A DNA stretch of 64,000 nt from Prasinococcaceae sp. CCMP 1430. Lineage: Eukaryota > Plantae > Prasinodermophyta. The first letter of the stretch is position 1. Each line of letters opens with the position of its first letter. Made by a program: the position numbers and the translations under genes. The stretch lies in contig RQSC01000029.1 of assembly GCA_013416795.1 (NCBI GenBank), positions 140,087-204,086 on the forward strand, read 5' to 3'. The notes under the pieces were generated by a model. That model had not been told where the DNA came from. It worked only from the letters and a program-made list of their open reading frames with translations, and made no database searches. Positions 9,301 to 21,996 of this stretch are shown in pieces.

Positions 9301-12300
9301 GGCTCGTTGGGCAGGTTCTCCACGGAGCCTCCACGGTCCATCTTTCCACGCCGCGTGTTGTTTTTGCCAACGTTGCTCGCCTTACCACTCAGCGCGACCC
9401 AGATATATTCGGGTCGATTTTCATCGAATGTGTAACAAGGTATGGAGGCCTCGCCGAGCAGGACATCAGATCCAAAGGTGCGCTTGTGGAAGATGCGCAC
9501 CTTGAGCGAAGACTTCTCCGTGACATTCTCGAAGCGCATCATCTTGCCCGCGTCCCATACGGGCGAGGACGTGTTCTGCACGACCTCCGTCTGATCGACC
9601 TGGCCAGCGCAAGCCACGCGCGCGTACGCGTCGCAAGATCCAATCCCACGCACGAAGTCTTGCAGGCCACCCCCGCCGGTGGGCGCGCTCAGCGCTCGGG
9701 CTTCCACGACCTTCACCTCCAGCGCGCCCATTCTAAATGCACTGCGCGAGTCATCCGGCACGTCTGCATCTGCGAGCGCACGGCCGCCGTCAGAGACCGA
9801 ATCATCGAAGCTGTGATGCCCAGCACCAGCCTCAGGCGTGACCCACTGGGTTGGTGTCGTTTCAGCTTCCACACGCTTGTGGTGATCAATGGTGCGCGCC
9901 GCTGGGTGCCACGTGACCTCGCGCAGCGCTTGCGGGTCGAGCGGCTTGGATGGGCACGTGCGCTCCTTGAAGAGGGCGAGCAGTTCAAGCTTGAGCTGTA
10001 GATCTGCCTCGAGCGCCCGGTGCCTGAGCTTCAGCTCATCCAGAACACCGCGAAACGACACCCACTCGAAACTCAATTTCACCTCGCCGCTGACTTGCTC
10101 CTTCGCGCGGCGCCGGCCGAGGGTATACCAGTGTTGGATCCTCTGCACGTCCTCGATCGCGCTGTCTCCAACACGGCCAACTGCTGCAGAAGCATTCGCG
10201 CTAGTTCGCGGAGTTACCGGCACGGTCTCTGCCAGATGGATGTGCACCTCGCCGAGGAAGGTGTCGGCAGATATGCGGTCACTGCTATAGACGGTGACCT
10301 TGAGGGTGAACGAGCTGGACACAGCGTCAAGCTCAACGGTCTCATCCCATTTCGGATGCAGGCTCTTGCGAACAGCACGGGTGCGGTGGGTGTCGTCGTT
10401 GCACTCGAGTACAACGTACGGATGGCACCGATCGGGGTTTCCTTTCAGTCCGCGCGCCTCGAGCACACCGACGAGCAAATTCCCATTGCGCACAGAGGTG
10501 ACGCTGCGGCTGAGTTGCGGCACGCCGACGGGTCCTGACATCATTTGATCGAGCGGGCTGCCGACCTGCGATAGTGAGAGACTCGTTCGAGCTCTGTAAG
10601 CTTCGATAGCCGCTCTCGCTAGCGTGTCACTTATGCTGCTGCGGGGATTCGAAAGCACGTCGCTTTCCAAGTCACTGTCACTGTACTCGTGTGCGCCACT
10701 TTCAAAACGACCGTTGCTCCTGCTGTCGAGAGCGAAACTGTTGCCACTGCCGAATCCGGCAGCGAAGTCAATGCTCCCCGAGGAGCCGCGCGAGTGCCTG
10801 CCTCTAGTGAAGTTTGCCGAGTAAGCGCGCAGCCGCCGTGCTCGCATGGCTCTCTTGTTCGCCTCGTGCTCGGACACAGACCTCGCGCGCGACACGTCAA
10901 CCTGCCCAGCAGGTCTCGGATTTGCCGCAACGTCGTCGAAGCGCCTGGACAGTTCGCTCGGCGATGACCCTTGGATAATATCCGCTGCGATGCTCGAGGG
11001 ACGCGAGGGTGTCACCTTTTCCAACATGCTCGCGTTTGTTGTCCTCAAAGGGCTCAGTTGCACCTGCACGCGAGTGGCAATAAGAGGGGATGGTGCCGTG
11101 GTAAGGTCCGCAATCGCTTGGGCAGCCGGCGACATAAAGGTTTTTCTTGACGCCGACGTCGTGCGTCCCATTCGGGACGTCTGCACGTGCTCCAGAGTGT
11201 CCGGACCCGAGGAGGTCACCGTGTCCGTTATGCCCGCCTCCGAGCCCGCCCATTGGTGTTCACTAAGTTGGGCGCTTGCTTCAGCGAGTTGAGCCTCTAG
11301 GACGTCGACGCGCTCCTGGAGATCTTGTGTCTCTTCCTCCTCGGTCACCCCAGCTGCATCGCCCGGATCCTCAGACAGCAGCAGCACACGCGTGGGACCA
11401 CGGGCGAAGATACATGCATACACCACCACCTCCACTTTCCTGGGCGAGAGTACTTTGTCCCCGACGCTAATGAATTTCTTGGCGATTTTCGCCACTGCTG
11501 TGCGCGCGCTGACACTCTTTGAGGCAGAAACAAAAGAAGAAGTGCCGCTCGTGCGATTGGTCCTTCTCGCAGTGGGCGCTCCAGCTTCCCTGCTAATGTC
11601 GCTACCATCACCGTCGACCTGCGACGGCGCCGAGCTCGCCGGCCGCCGCGCGGTGGAGATCTTAACCGTCGCACTCATGCGAATTTTGTCGAGCTGAAAC
11701 TCGCGCGTGACAATCTCACTGGCATCATCAACAGCGCCATCGTTGAAGATGCCGAATTGTACCCTGAGTTTGTGCGCATTCGAGGGGGCATCCCAGGCGA
11801 ATGGCGTGCGCGAGCCCGGCAGGAGCACGTCCTCTTCGTTGGCCGCTGACTCCCGAGCCTTGCCACCGCTCTCAGCCGCGGATTTCAAGGACGAGCCGTC
11901 GCGCCCACTACGGTCACGCTCGCTCGCCGCAAGCGCCTGCTCAAAGCGAACAGCGACGTGCTTGCAGCGATTCTCGATCACGTACGGAGCCGTTGTGACA
12001 CCCCCACCGAAAACGACGCACACAGTTGCCCCTGTGCTGACGGCGAGTGGCAAAATCATGCAGCGCCCCGTGTCCTCGTTGCGTATTCTCAGTGCGATCT
12101 GACGTGTGTCATCTATCCGAAAGCCAGACGACCACCGCCACCTACCATGCACCGGCCGCACCTGAATCTCTGCCCGACGGTCGCGATCTACCCAATGGTG
12201 AGGCACAAGCTCGTCATATGGCAGTGAGCGCAAACTGCGAGGACAGTCGCGTTGGCGCACCTCAAGCACCACAGGGTCATCCCGACCGAGCGCGCCAACG

Positions 12301-15300
12301 ACTTCGCTGCCATCGACGCCGCCTGTGTCGACGTCCGCGTCCGGCATGCCGAAGCGCATGTGCTCCCGACGCGTCATATTCTTGAGAATAAACCTCGGGG
12401 TCACGCGCAGAACTTTCGTGCGATGGAAGACGCCCGGAGCTATGGAGACCTCGACGCCGAGCTCGTGCTTCGAGTAAGCGATTTCCCCGCTTTGGGTGGT
12501 CGCCTGCCTTGTCTTCGCCGCTTTGCGCTTGTCATCGAGCACGCTGACAGCACCTTTCATGCCCAAGCCATCGATGGGAAACATCTTGGACCACTTGCTG
12601 TACTCGACAGCGAGCGACACACTGTCCCTGGTTGTGCAGTATAGGCGGGGCGAGCGCGCGCGCAGACTCCTCTGCCCCAGCGGGCCCGGTGGGCATGTCA
12701 TTGCGAGCCCGTGCATGCTGTCCCTCACTAGAAGCGGCATGCCCAACTCGTTCATGATCCAATACGGCGCGAATACCACCACCTTCCGCGCACGGCTCCG
12801 GTTGTCAGCGCTCACTTGCACCTTGAGCCGCAGCGAGGGTCTTTTGCTGGGTTGCACAATCCTCTTGTAGGCGCTCTTGCTGCCGTCGCGTGTCTCGGAG
12901 ACAGCACCATTTAAGAGGACCGGGCGCTGGTGGTTATAATTATCATTGTCATCGAGAGACGGCGGGCTGCCCTCGGCGAGGTGCAGTGTGCGCGTCTTGA
13001 AGTCTTGCCCCTCGAGCTCTCCGAGGATTGCTTCGCCGAGCTGCTCAGACACCGTCGACACGTCCGTCGCCTTGAGCTCGTCCCTTGCAAACGCCTTTTT
13101 CTTGCGCCAGCGGAACGAGAAACGATTGATCGACGCCGTCTTGACGGTGTGGTAAGTTACCTGCTCTTCGAGGACAGGGTGGGACTGATTGCGAGGATCC
13201 GTTCCAGCACCGTCTGTTTGCACTTGCGTAGCAGACACACTGAGATCGTTCGGTGGCTGGGCATGCTCAAGGTCGAAGGCTCTCGCTTCGATAACGTTCG
13301 TGCCGAGTCGCAAGTTATGGTCCAGGTTGACATCGTAGATGGCCCTCTCCCCCCCGGCAGGAATTGTTGTCAGGTGCTCTGTGCCAGCGATGCGGTCGTA
13401 CACGATGCAGTCGGCTTCGTACGGCAGCCTGTTCTGAAGGACGAGGGGCGGCTGTAGCTCCAGTATGTCAACCTCGACGGGGCTGCCCTGCGCGCCGAAC
13501 GCCATGTTTGGCACCAATCTGCGCGTCAACTCGAGACAGCAGTAGAAGTCCGCGTCACCCTCGACGAGCGACGGGCAGCACATGACGCCCTGCTGGTCGC
13601 CCAGGCTAGTGCGATCGAGGGTAATCACGTCCTTGTCCGCCCTCTGGAAGCCCTCCGGGTGCACATAGAGCAGGCCGCCCTTCGCGCCCACAGTGATCGG
13701 TAGATGTACCACCTCGCCCTTGCCGAGCGTGCCCACTGATGGGATCCGGACGACCGCCCGCATCGACCGCCTCCCTTGCTGCTCAGCGGCGACCGCGTCG
13801 TGCCTGTGCAGCCTAAAATGCATGCGACAGTCCGTGTTGTTGCGAATGGCCATTGTGCTGCGGAGCGTAAGGCACTTGAGCCGGCCCTGCAGAGAAACCT
13901 CCACGATCATCGGCAGCGCGTCCGTGCGCCCTTCCATCGGGATCTGCACCTCGTACATGTAGAGACCGACGCGATCAACCAAAACATTAGGCACCGCCGC
14001 GAGAGAGCCCTCCACGAAAATGATGATCGCCTTGGCGCGGCGGGGCTGCATTGTGGCGTGCTCGGTCGTGGGTATCAGCAGCGTCTCTTCAGGTGCCACG
14101 CGCAGGTACTGCTTCTGGCCCTCGTGCACCACGTGCTGCGCGTCGGGGCGCACGGGCCCCGAGCTGTCACCCACCCAGTATCGGACGCTGCGGCCTGTGT
14201 AATTTGTAATAATATAGTCGCTCTCTGCAACCTTCGCGCGGCTCCTCTGGGCCGCCTTCATCACGCGGTCCTGCATGCGCGCATTCAGGCCTGCAGAAGG
14301 CGGCGTCTTTTTCGAGGGTGGCGAGAAGACGAAGTGCAGCGGGCTCAGCATCGCCGGTTGCGCGTCAGGGTGGCTATTGTGCAGCTGCTGGGACACGGCG
14401 TCCCCCACCTGGTTGAGCTTGCTTGTGAATGCAATCGCGTCGCCCAGGGAGCGCAAAACTTCGGGCGACATCCTCACGTTCATGCGTTCGGATGACGTCA
14501 ACTTCAGCGTCTGTCCCTTCACCGAGGTCTTCATCTCTCCAGTCACAGGCCAGGTGTCCAGGATGCTCTCCATAGCTTCAATGGCGCTATTGAGGTATCT
14601 CACACTTGCGTCGAGGCGGAGAGCGGCGAAGAGCGCCGGGTCCTTGCCATGCGCGGCCGATTCCTGCAACACGTCAGCACGGACAGAGGAAACTGAAAAT
14701 GAGAGCACGTCACGGCTGCGTGACACGATTGCGCGTAGCAGGTTGGGCGCGCAGCAGGGAATGGGCAACAAAGAGAGGGTCAGGATTTGCGCGCGCACCG
14801 CAGCGCACGCGCGCGCCAGCAACTCGGCGAAATGCAAACACGCAGTGCACGCGAGATAGAGTGCGCCACCAACGCGCACCATATGTGTCCTCTGTCGTCC
14901 ACCAAAATACCACGCACGCTACCGATCGACACCTTGATAACGCTGCGCGTCGATCTGAAGCTGTGGTCTTCGTAGTCTGGGAGCACAGGTGGCGGTGGCA
15001 GTGTCGCGTAATAGGGTACCCACGGCTGGGCTGCCTCTGCCGCGAGTTTGTTCGCGAGGGCAATGACGCGAGCGTACAGGTTCGTCTCGTCGTGCATCTG
15101 TCCGAAGCACACGCGAAAATTCGCGTCCTCGAGCTCGAGCTTGATATCGGTCAGGTACTTTGCCTCCTCCCGCGGCAGCGTCCACGCGAGACTGAACTGC
15201 AGGTTCGTCGGCTCGAGTATCCGATCCTCGCGCACGCCCTTGGTGCTCTGCCCGTCCCCCTTCGCCTTGGGTGCGTCTGCTGACGCCTGCCTGCTCACTT

Positions 15301-18300
15301 GCAGGCCGCGCTTGCTCCCTACGGCGGCAGATGATATACTTGATTGTGAGAGGGGAGGCGCGCCAGCTGCGTTGCGTTGGGTGCGCCGGCGCGCGTGGTA
15401 CGCCTTGAGCTCGAGCTTCCTGACGTCGAGCTTGATTGGATTCTCGCCGTCGCCTCCGAAAAAGTACCCGACCCGTAGGAGATCGAAGGTGGCCACGATG
15501 CCCATCTCCTTGGCGAATTTGAAGCGCTTCTCGAGCGAGCAGTGCGGATCCGCGAACAGAGGCAGCACGAGCCTCGACTCGGACACTATGATGTTGAAAT
15601 ACATCCATGGTATCGGCCTGCTGTCGGGGGGATTCATGAAGACGTACGGGCGCCACAGGTAGGCCGTGAACATATCCTTGACCTGCCAAACGAGGTTGAA
15701 GTCAGAATCATACGGCCACATGAATTCACTCCCAGATACGGTGAGTTCCATCACATGCGTGCGATCCTCCATGATGACGTAGTCGAGGCAAAAAGCCTCG
15801 TCACCACTCCACTCCCCCCGACCTCCTGGACGATACCTCGAAGAACCTAAGGCGCCGCCAGCGGAGGAACCTACCGGAGCTCGACCGCTCGACGGCGCCG
15901 AGACGAGTGGCCGGCAGCGTGGGCGCGAGCTGTTCAGCCTGCCGCGCACAAAGTCGACCCTCTCGTCACCATTGGGCTGCTGGTCGAGGATATCGATGGC
16001 GTCGCTCGTCAGACGAACGAGCCTCCCCTTGCCCTCGAAGTACGAAACCACCATCGTGGCGCCTGTCATTGCGACCGCAGCGACACGCGGGGCCGAACCA
16101 TCTCCAGGGTCAGCCTGGCGGCGCACGCCTTCGAGCGAGGTACCAAAGTCCTGAATATCAATGCGAACGTGTGCTATGCACTTGTCGTCCGCGCACACGC
16201 CCATGCCAGACTCGGCGTACGCTGCAGCGTCGATGTAGTTCTCGCGAACCTCAACGAGCGGCTTCGGGTAGCCGACTTGTGTTCCAAAAGTGGGCGTCTC
16301 ATAACTATTCTCCCACAGGATGCCAAGGAGCACACCGAATTGCGTCTCGCCGATGACGCCCTGCAGCCAATCACAACGTACGTGCACGGCGTATTCGACA
16401 GCACTCTCGAGCGGAAAGTCGATAGATGCCTGCACGTCGGCAGTGCGCAATTCGAGCCTCTCGGTGTAGGGAGCGTTCGCTTCTGCCTCGTCAGTCCAGA
16501 GCCCAGGGTACGTGCTGGTGCGATTGCACCAGTACACAGCAATGGGCGTCGTATGTAGGGCAATGCCTTGAGGAGCGTTGCCACTCTCACTCCTCTCGGC
16601 TGAGTCTGCGGCAGCGAACGTGGCGAAGAGGTGCTCAAACGACATCGTGTGTTCGTGCCCTTGAAGTGCCCACTTGCTGATGCCCGGCGCTGGGAGCAGG
16701 GCCGTCGCACGATCAAAGCGAAACGACAGCATGTCCGGGGCATGGCAGTTTCTCGGAAAGTCAAGCCGCACGCCCTCGAGTGTGACAAAGATAAGCGTCG
16801 GCATGACGCGCACCTGCCCGTTCTCGTGGCTGCCCGCACCTACGCCGGGATCGCCCTCGTTGCTGCTGTCTTCGCTTGACTCGGGTCGGTTTGACCCTGC
16901 CATTGCAGTCTGCGCCGCGCTCCACCGTTCGGAAGAGGCACCGCTGCCCAGCCGCGATATGCTCGCGCCCAGGTTGTCGTACGCGTCATGATCCATTTCG
17001 GCGTCGATGTCAGAAAACGTGTCCGAGGTCTTGCTGCTCCCGTCGTCAGTGTCGTCGCCATGCCTGAGACGTTTGAGGAAGTCCGAGACGGTGTCGTTGC
17101 AGTCCTTGAAAAAGCGCATGATTCCATGAACACGAATGTTGGTGAGCCCAACTCTCACGGTCGTCTGCTGCAAGACATCTCGTCCCCTGCCCCGGACACT
17201 CTTGGCCTCTGGCGCGCTATCCTGGTTCCATGTCCTTGTGCTCGCTGTGACAGACAGCGCGCAGCTATTCTCGAGGCTAAATTCGTCGATTATGCGCCTG
17301 TAGTGGTGGCTGGCCGCGAGGAGATCCACGACGAAGACATCGTCGGCGGTGACGTCGATTTTGCTGACACCAGGACCAGATCCTACGACTGCCTCCACAT
17401 CTTGAGCGGTGATCATCGCCCAGCGCGTGCTGCGAGTGGCAACGGTCACCGTCACGCTACTTGCAGCGCCCGAAAAAATCACCCGGCTGCCTTCTACCGG
17501 GGTCTGCGATGTATTGCGGGAGCGCCAGGCATACTTGCCCGAAAGAGGCGGCGGTGTTGAATACCCCCGCTGACTGCCTCCCGCAGATTCAGCACTCGTG
17601 TTCCACGAGACGCCGTGCTGTGGTCCAGCGCACGCGGGGTGCATCGCAATTTCGGTGCTAGCATCGTTGGCCGTCGGCATGCCATCTGCAACTGCCGCAG
17701 CAAGCTCTCTCCCCAAATTCGCCACCTCAATGATGCTGTCGAAGTCGAGGAGCACTCTCAAGATGCTCATGTCCAGCGTGATCTTGGGGCGCTCCGCACT
17801 CTTGCGCTGCAAGCGCAAGTGCAGCTGCGCATTACTCTGGCGTCCCAAGAAGGCGCTCACGTCCATTCCAGCAAGTCCAATGTCCACCGATCCATTTGGC
17901 GACGTCGAAGGAGGGGTCACTACGGGCGTAGAGCGAATGTGTGAAGCGTTCTTGACCTTGACCCCATTGCCACCACTGGTCGCCCTCATTGCGCGCAGCG
18001 CAGACAAGGCGGTGCTCGTACGCCTCCATCGCAGAAATGCCCGAGCGAGGTTACCCTTCGCATCGCCGCCACGCCCGCGAAAGGTGGCAAATGCTCCGAG
18101 CCGCACAGGAGCAGGCAGTGGGGCTAGCAGGTACCGAGGACCAGCGTCGCTGCCGCCCTGCTCTTTCCGCGCCGCCGCCCTCCCGTGCGATGTCAGGTCC
18201 TCGATAGCAAGCCCGCCAAAGAAGACATTTGCGTCCATCTCTCCCTGGTCGGCGTCGAACGTGGCGTGCACGGTCTTCATAACAAAGCGGCAGACTGGGC

Positions 18301-21300
18301 CTGCAGACGAGGAGTCGAAGAGCGAAGCAGACGTCTCCTGCAACATGATCCTGACGGTGACGTTAGCAGCAAATCCACCGACGCTACCCGACACGGCTCC
18401 TGAGGAGCTGAACGTACTGCTGCCGCTGTCCGTTGGACCATCCGCCCTCATGCTGGCGATTGCTGCCTTTGCCTCCTGCATTGTCCGCATTGTCTCGAGT
18501 GCGGACGAGGCGTCCGCCAGCGTCGCATGGGCGAGGCGAGCTGCGAGTCCAGCCGTGAAGGGTGACACAACCGCATGCAAGGGGGAGCAACGCCCATCCA
18601 CGCGCAGGGCTCGAGTGAAAGTAGTCGATACATTCCTCCCCGACACTACCCGTGCCAGGAGCTTGACTGGCGCGACCAGTGACATCCCGGCGAGAGATGC
18701 ACGCGGAAGAAAGGCCCTGTGAAACGGCACCGCATTCACCTCGATCTCAACACCAAGCTCAATCTCATCGATCGTCACAGTGTCATCCGCGCGCTTCGCC
18801 GTGCCATTCGCGCTCGCCTTGCGTCTTGGCAGGTTTGACATCTCCGAGGGCGCGCCCGCACTCGTCCTCTCGCCCTCCTGCCCTGTGATGGCAACATTTG
18901 CACCCTTTTGGCGCCCGATGGTTTGCCCGATGCTCTCGCCGCCGAAGTGTATGGCACGCCTGACCCGATCCAGGGCAGACAGTGCGATGTTCGGCGCCCT
19001 AGAACCCGCAGACATCGCCCGGCGGTACATCCTAGTTTCCCGCATTGTTTGATTCAGCCCATGCACCGATCGCAGCAGCTCCGCGCGCTGAGGCCCGCGC
19101 AGGGTGTGGCTGCGGGCTTGCCAAGCCAGCGTCGAGCCGGACCGCAGGCGCGTCGAGGGGACTGTAAACACGACACAGAAGCGCTCCGACTTCGTCGACG
19201 GAGGCGATGTGTACGAACCTTGCTGCGTCTGCACTGTCCCGTCTTGATCGTCGCTCTCGGGGCACGCGAGGATCACCCGGACATGCCCCACGTCCACGCT
19301 AATCGATCGTGCCATGCCATTGCCGCGAGCTTGCATCTCAAGTACCGCTCGCATGGTGGGCCGGGACTGCACCATGGCGAAGGCTATGTCAGACGCCAGC
19401 GCCGACGTGGCAGCTTCCGAGACGGCATCCCCATGCGCACGTGCGCGCCACATCCGACGCGGCAATAGCATGGCAAAGCGAGTGGCGAGCCCCGGGCTGT
19501 ACGTGACGTTGACGGATGCAAGCGAGACGCCCAAAATAGTTCGCTTTGCAACATGCTCCGAGCCATCGCTGGCCGCTGCCGTTTCCCCAAGTGACGCCAT
19601 GATGCCAGGGAGTGTCAGACGAGTCTCCAGGAAAGGCTGATGCCGACCTGACGCGCCCCAAAACTCCTCGTCGTCGAGTGCCCATGCTCCATCTTGACGG
19701 TGCGCCGGAAACCCTTTAAACGTAGAGTCAACACCATCTTCTCCACCGTGCTCGGCGGGCGAGGCCAGCACCGTCGTGAGCCTCTCGTCTTTCTCAGCAC
19801 AGTCGTAGCACAGGAGTGTTCCAAGTCTCGTGACCACGTGCAGCTCGCCACTGCTATGCAGGTCAACGCTAGCACGAAGTAGGCGTATTTCCAACTGAGC
19901 AATATCGAGCGCCTTGGTGCCGGCGCTCAGATCCGTCGGTACCTCAGCGTGCGCCATCGCGGCCACCTTGGCACATGCCACTCGTACTGACACGCGTATT
20001 CCCGGAGAGCCTACCGGCACGAGCGGGCTAAAGGTGCGCTGAGCAACGCTGGTGACTTTGTGAAAGAGCTCCACCAGTTGCCACGCGTCACCACCAGCCC
20101 TCGCTCCTTTCACAGTAGCCCACCACCTGAATCGCGCAATGTCGAGCACACCGAGGTGACGCTCGAGGAACTCAAGTTCCGCACGCTCTGCACGCGAGAG
20201 TGCGAAGAACTTTCCAAGCCACGTCTGCTGCGCCCACGTCACGCGCCTGTAGAGCTCACCATACCTCTGCCGCAGCCGATAAGGGGTCAAAGTGGAACGC
20301 GTCTTTTTGCCGCTGCTGAACACCCTCCTGAAGGGCACGACACCCGCCTTTGAGGCGAGGTGCCAACGCTGGCGCACAATAGTGGCCACAGCATGGCGCC
20401 ACCACTCGCGCGGGTCCGCGACTGGCCTCTGCACGGGCCGACTTGCCTGGAGAGTCAGCGCTGTCGAGTACATTCGCAGGTCGCCCAGCAGTGCGCGCAG
20501 TCCCAGAATCGACGGCTGATCGACGCTGAGGAGGAGCGCAGAGACAGTCACATCAATCGTCACGCTAGGTGCCATCGAGCCGCCAAGCCAGCGGCTTGAG
20601 GCGGTGGCATTATGCTCGGTTGAGTCGCCCACCTTCCTCAGCACGTTGTCGACTGCCGCACGCATGAGGAGGAGCGGTGTCGAGGGCACGCGAAGGAGAA
20701 CGTCGGCACTCATGCTCCACCGCTTAATGATCACCGAGGTGGCGGGCTTTCCTGCGCGGTCCAGGCGAGCAGCACTGTCCACCTCGAGGTTGACACCCTT
20801 GACGAAGATGCTCGTGGCGGCCATTCCGGCAGACTGGGCGGCGCTGCTCGTTCCGAGGGCGTGACCAGTAACAGCCTGCGGCACCACGCCAGCGGACGCG
20901 AGCTTCAGTCGGATTGCCTTTGGCGCGTTTGACACCGTCCTTCGCTGCTGCCGCTCGCTGTGCTCGCGCTGGCGCTGCTGCAGGTGCGGCTCCTCCTGTG
21001 GGATTTCATCACCATCGCCGTGCTCGCCACCGAGCTCGTACGTCACAGTGAGCCCTTCTACGCGTAGCACAACATTTCGCGCTGCCCAATGGAGGAACAC
21101 GTGAAGCAGCTGCCTCGTTGCCACTGTAGCGATAGACTCGGGCGGTAGCCACCGCCACAGCAGCAGGTCGATCGCGCGCAGCTGCTCCTCGCGCCAGCTG
21201 CTCAGCTGCTCCTCCGTGCGCCTCTGGAGCTCATCGGCAGCTCGCCTGGGAGGTCGCATTCTCCGCCTAAGCGTCAGGTCAACCTGGGCGGCCTCAACGC

Positions 21301-21748
21301 TGACCTCTGGCACCGGCGACCACAGCGTTGCGCGGCGTATGCTCACCCGGACCGAGCCGGCGCATGCATCAGTCGTCACGAAGGGAAGAGTGTCGGGTGC
21401 AGCGGCCAGCACTCCTTTCCAGACGCTCAGGCCGCGCAGCTCAAGGGTGCCGCTCCATACGTCGCAGACGGCCAGCTCGACCTTTCCGACGTTGGCCTCG
21501 ACCGCCGTGCGCATGATTCGACCCACCAGCCTCGACATTGCGCGCAGCATCGGCCGCGCGAGCACGTACCGCAACAGCACGACGAGCAGCACCGGATACA
21601 GCGGATTCGCCGGTGCGCGCTCCAACCGCGCGAGGAGGTACGCGGCCATGCCCTCACGGGCGCCGGCCCCTGCCGCCGCTCCGAGCATGCCGCCGCCGCC
21701 CTCGCCAGGCGCCGCCGCCCACGCTTCGCCACCGGCCCCTGCCGCCAT
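6368..21748 (-). CDS. VPS13: VPS13-family bridge-like lipid transfer protein, ~4913 aa, 4 exons (21748-14880, 14715-8616, 8298-6764, 6605-6368), with two C2 domains
   Basis: Chorein-N-like start (DVWSGTLELRGLSV) and REWWRHAV motif; VAB/SHR-BD repeats (PPLVLQNRLPY, FAPYWIMNELG, RTKVLRVTPRFILKN, WSSGFRID, PYVIENR); two C2 domains; QVDNQL; ATG2_C-like end (LGTPVALVSSVGTGVYDFFSNP, KGVAGLAVKPTAGALEF). Introns 14716-14879 (GTGCGC..CGCAG), 8299-8615 (GTGAG..CGCAG) and 6606-6763 (GTGCGA..CGCAG) restore the frame. The start lies just before an N-gap, so an upstream exon is possible. Confidence 0.85.
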
Positions 21749-21759
21749 GGCTGCCGCCG

Positions 21760-21857
21760 NNNNNNNNNNNNNNNNNNNNNNNNNNNNNNNNNNNNNNNNN
21801 NNNNNNNNNNNNNNNNNNNNNNNNNNNNNNNNNNNNNNNNNNNNNNNNNNNNNNNNN

Positions 21858-21923
<66 letters not shown>

Positions 21924-21935
21924 GGGGGGGGGGGG
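21760..21935. other. Assembly gap (98 N) followed by a ~78-nt poly-G tract
   Basis: N at 21760-21857; near-pure G run at 21858-21935. Confidence 0.95.
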
Positions 21936-21971
21936 CCGCGGGGGCGGCACGAGCATGTGATGGCAAATTTG

Positions 21972-21976
21972 TTACA
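21972..21976 (-). terminator. TGTAA green-algal polyadenylation signal (THOC1); also after LARP1 (2674 +), CFAP58 (30687 +), aroC (39603 +), the PIN gene (43742 -) and SERAC1 (47624 -)
   Basis: TGTAA appears on the sense strand 20-290 nt after six stop codons in otherwise very GC-rich DNA. Confidence 0.65.
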
Positions 21977-21996
21977 TGTGTACAGTGGGGGGGTCA

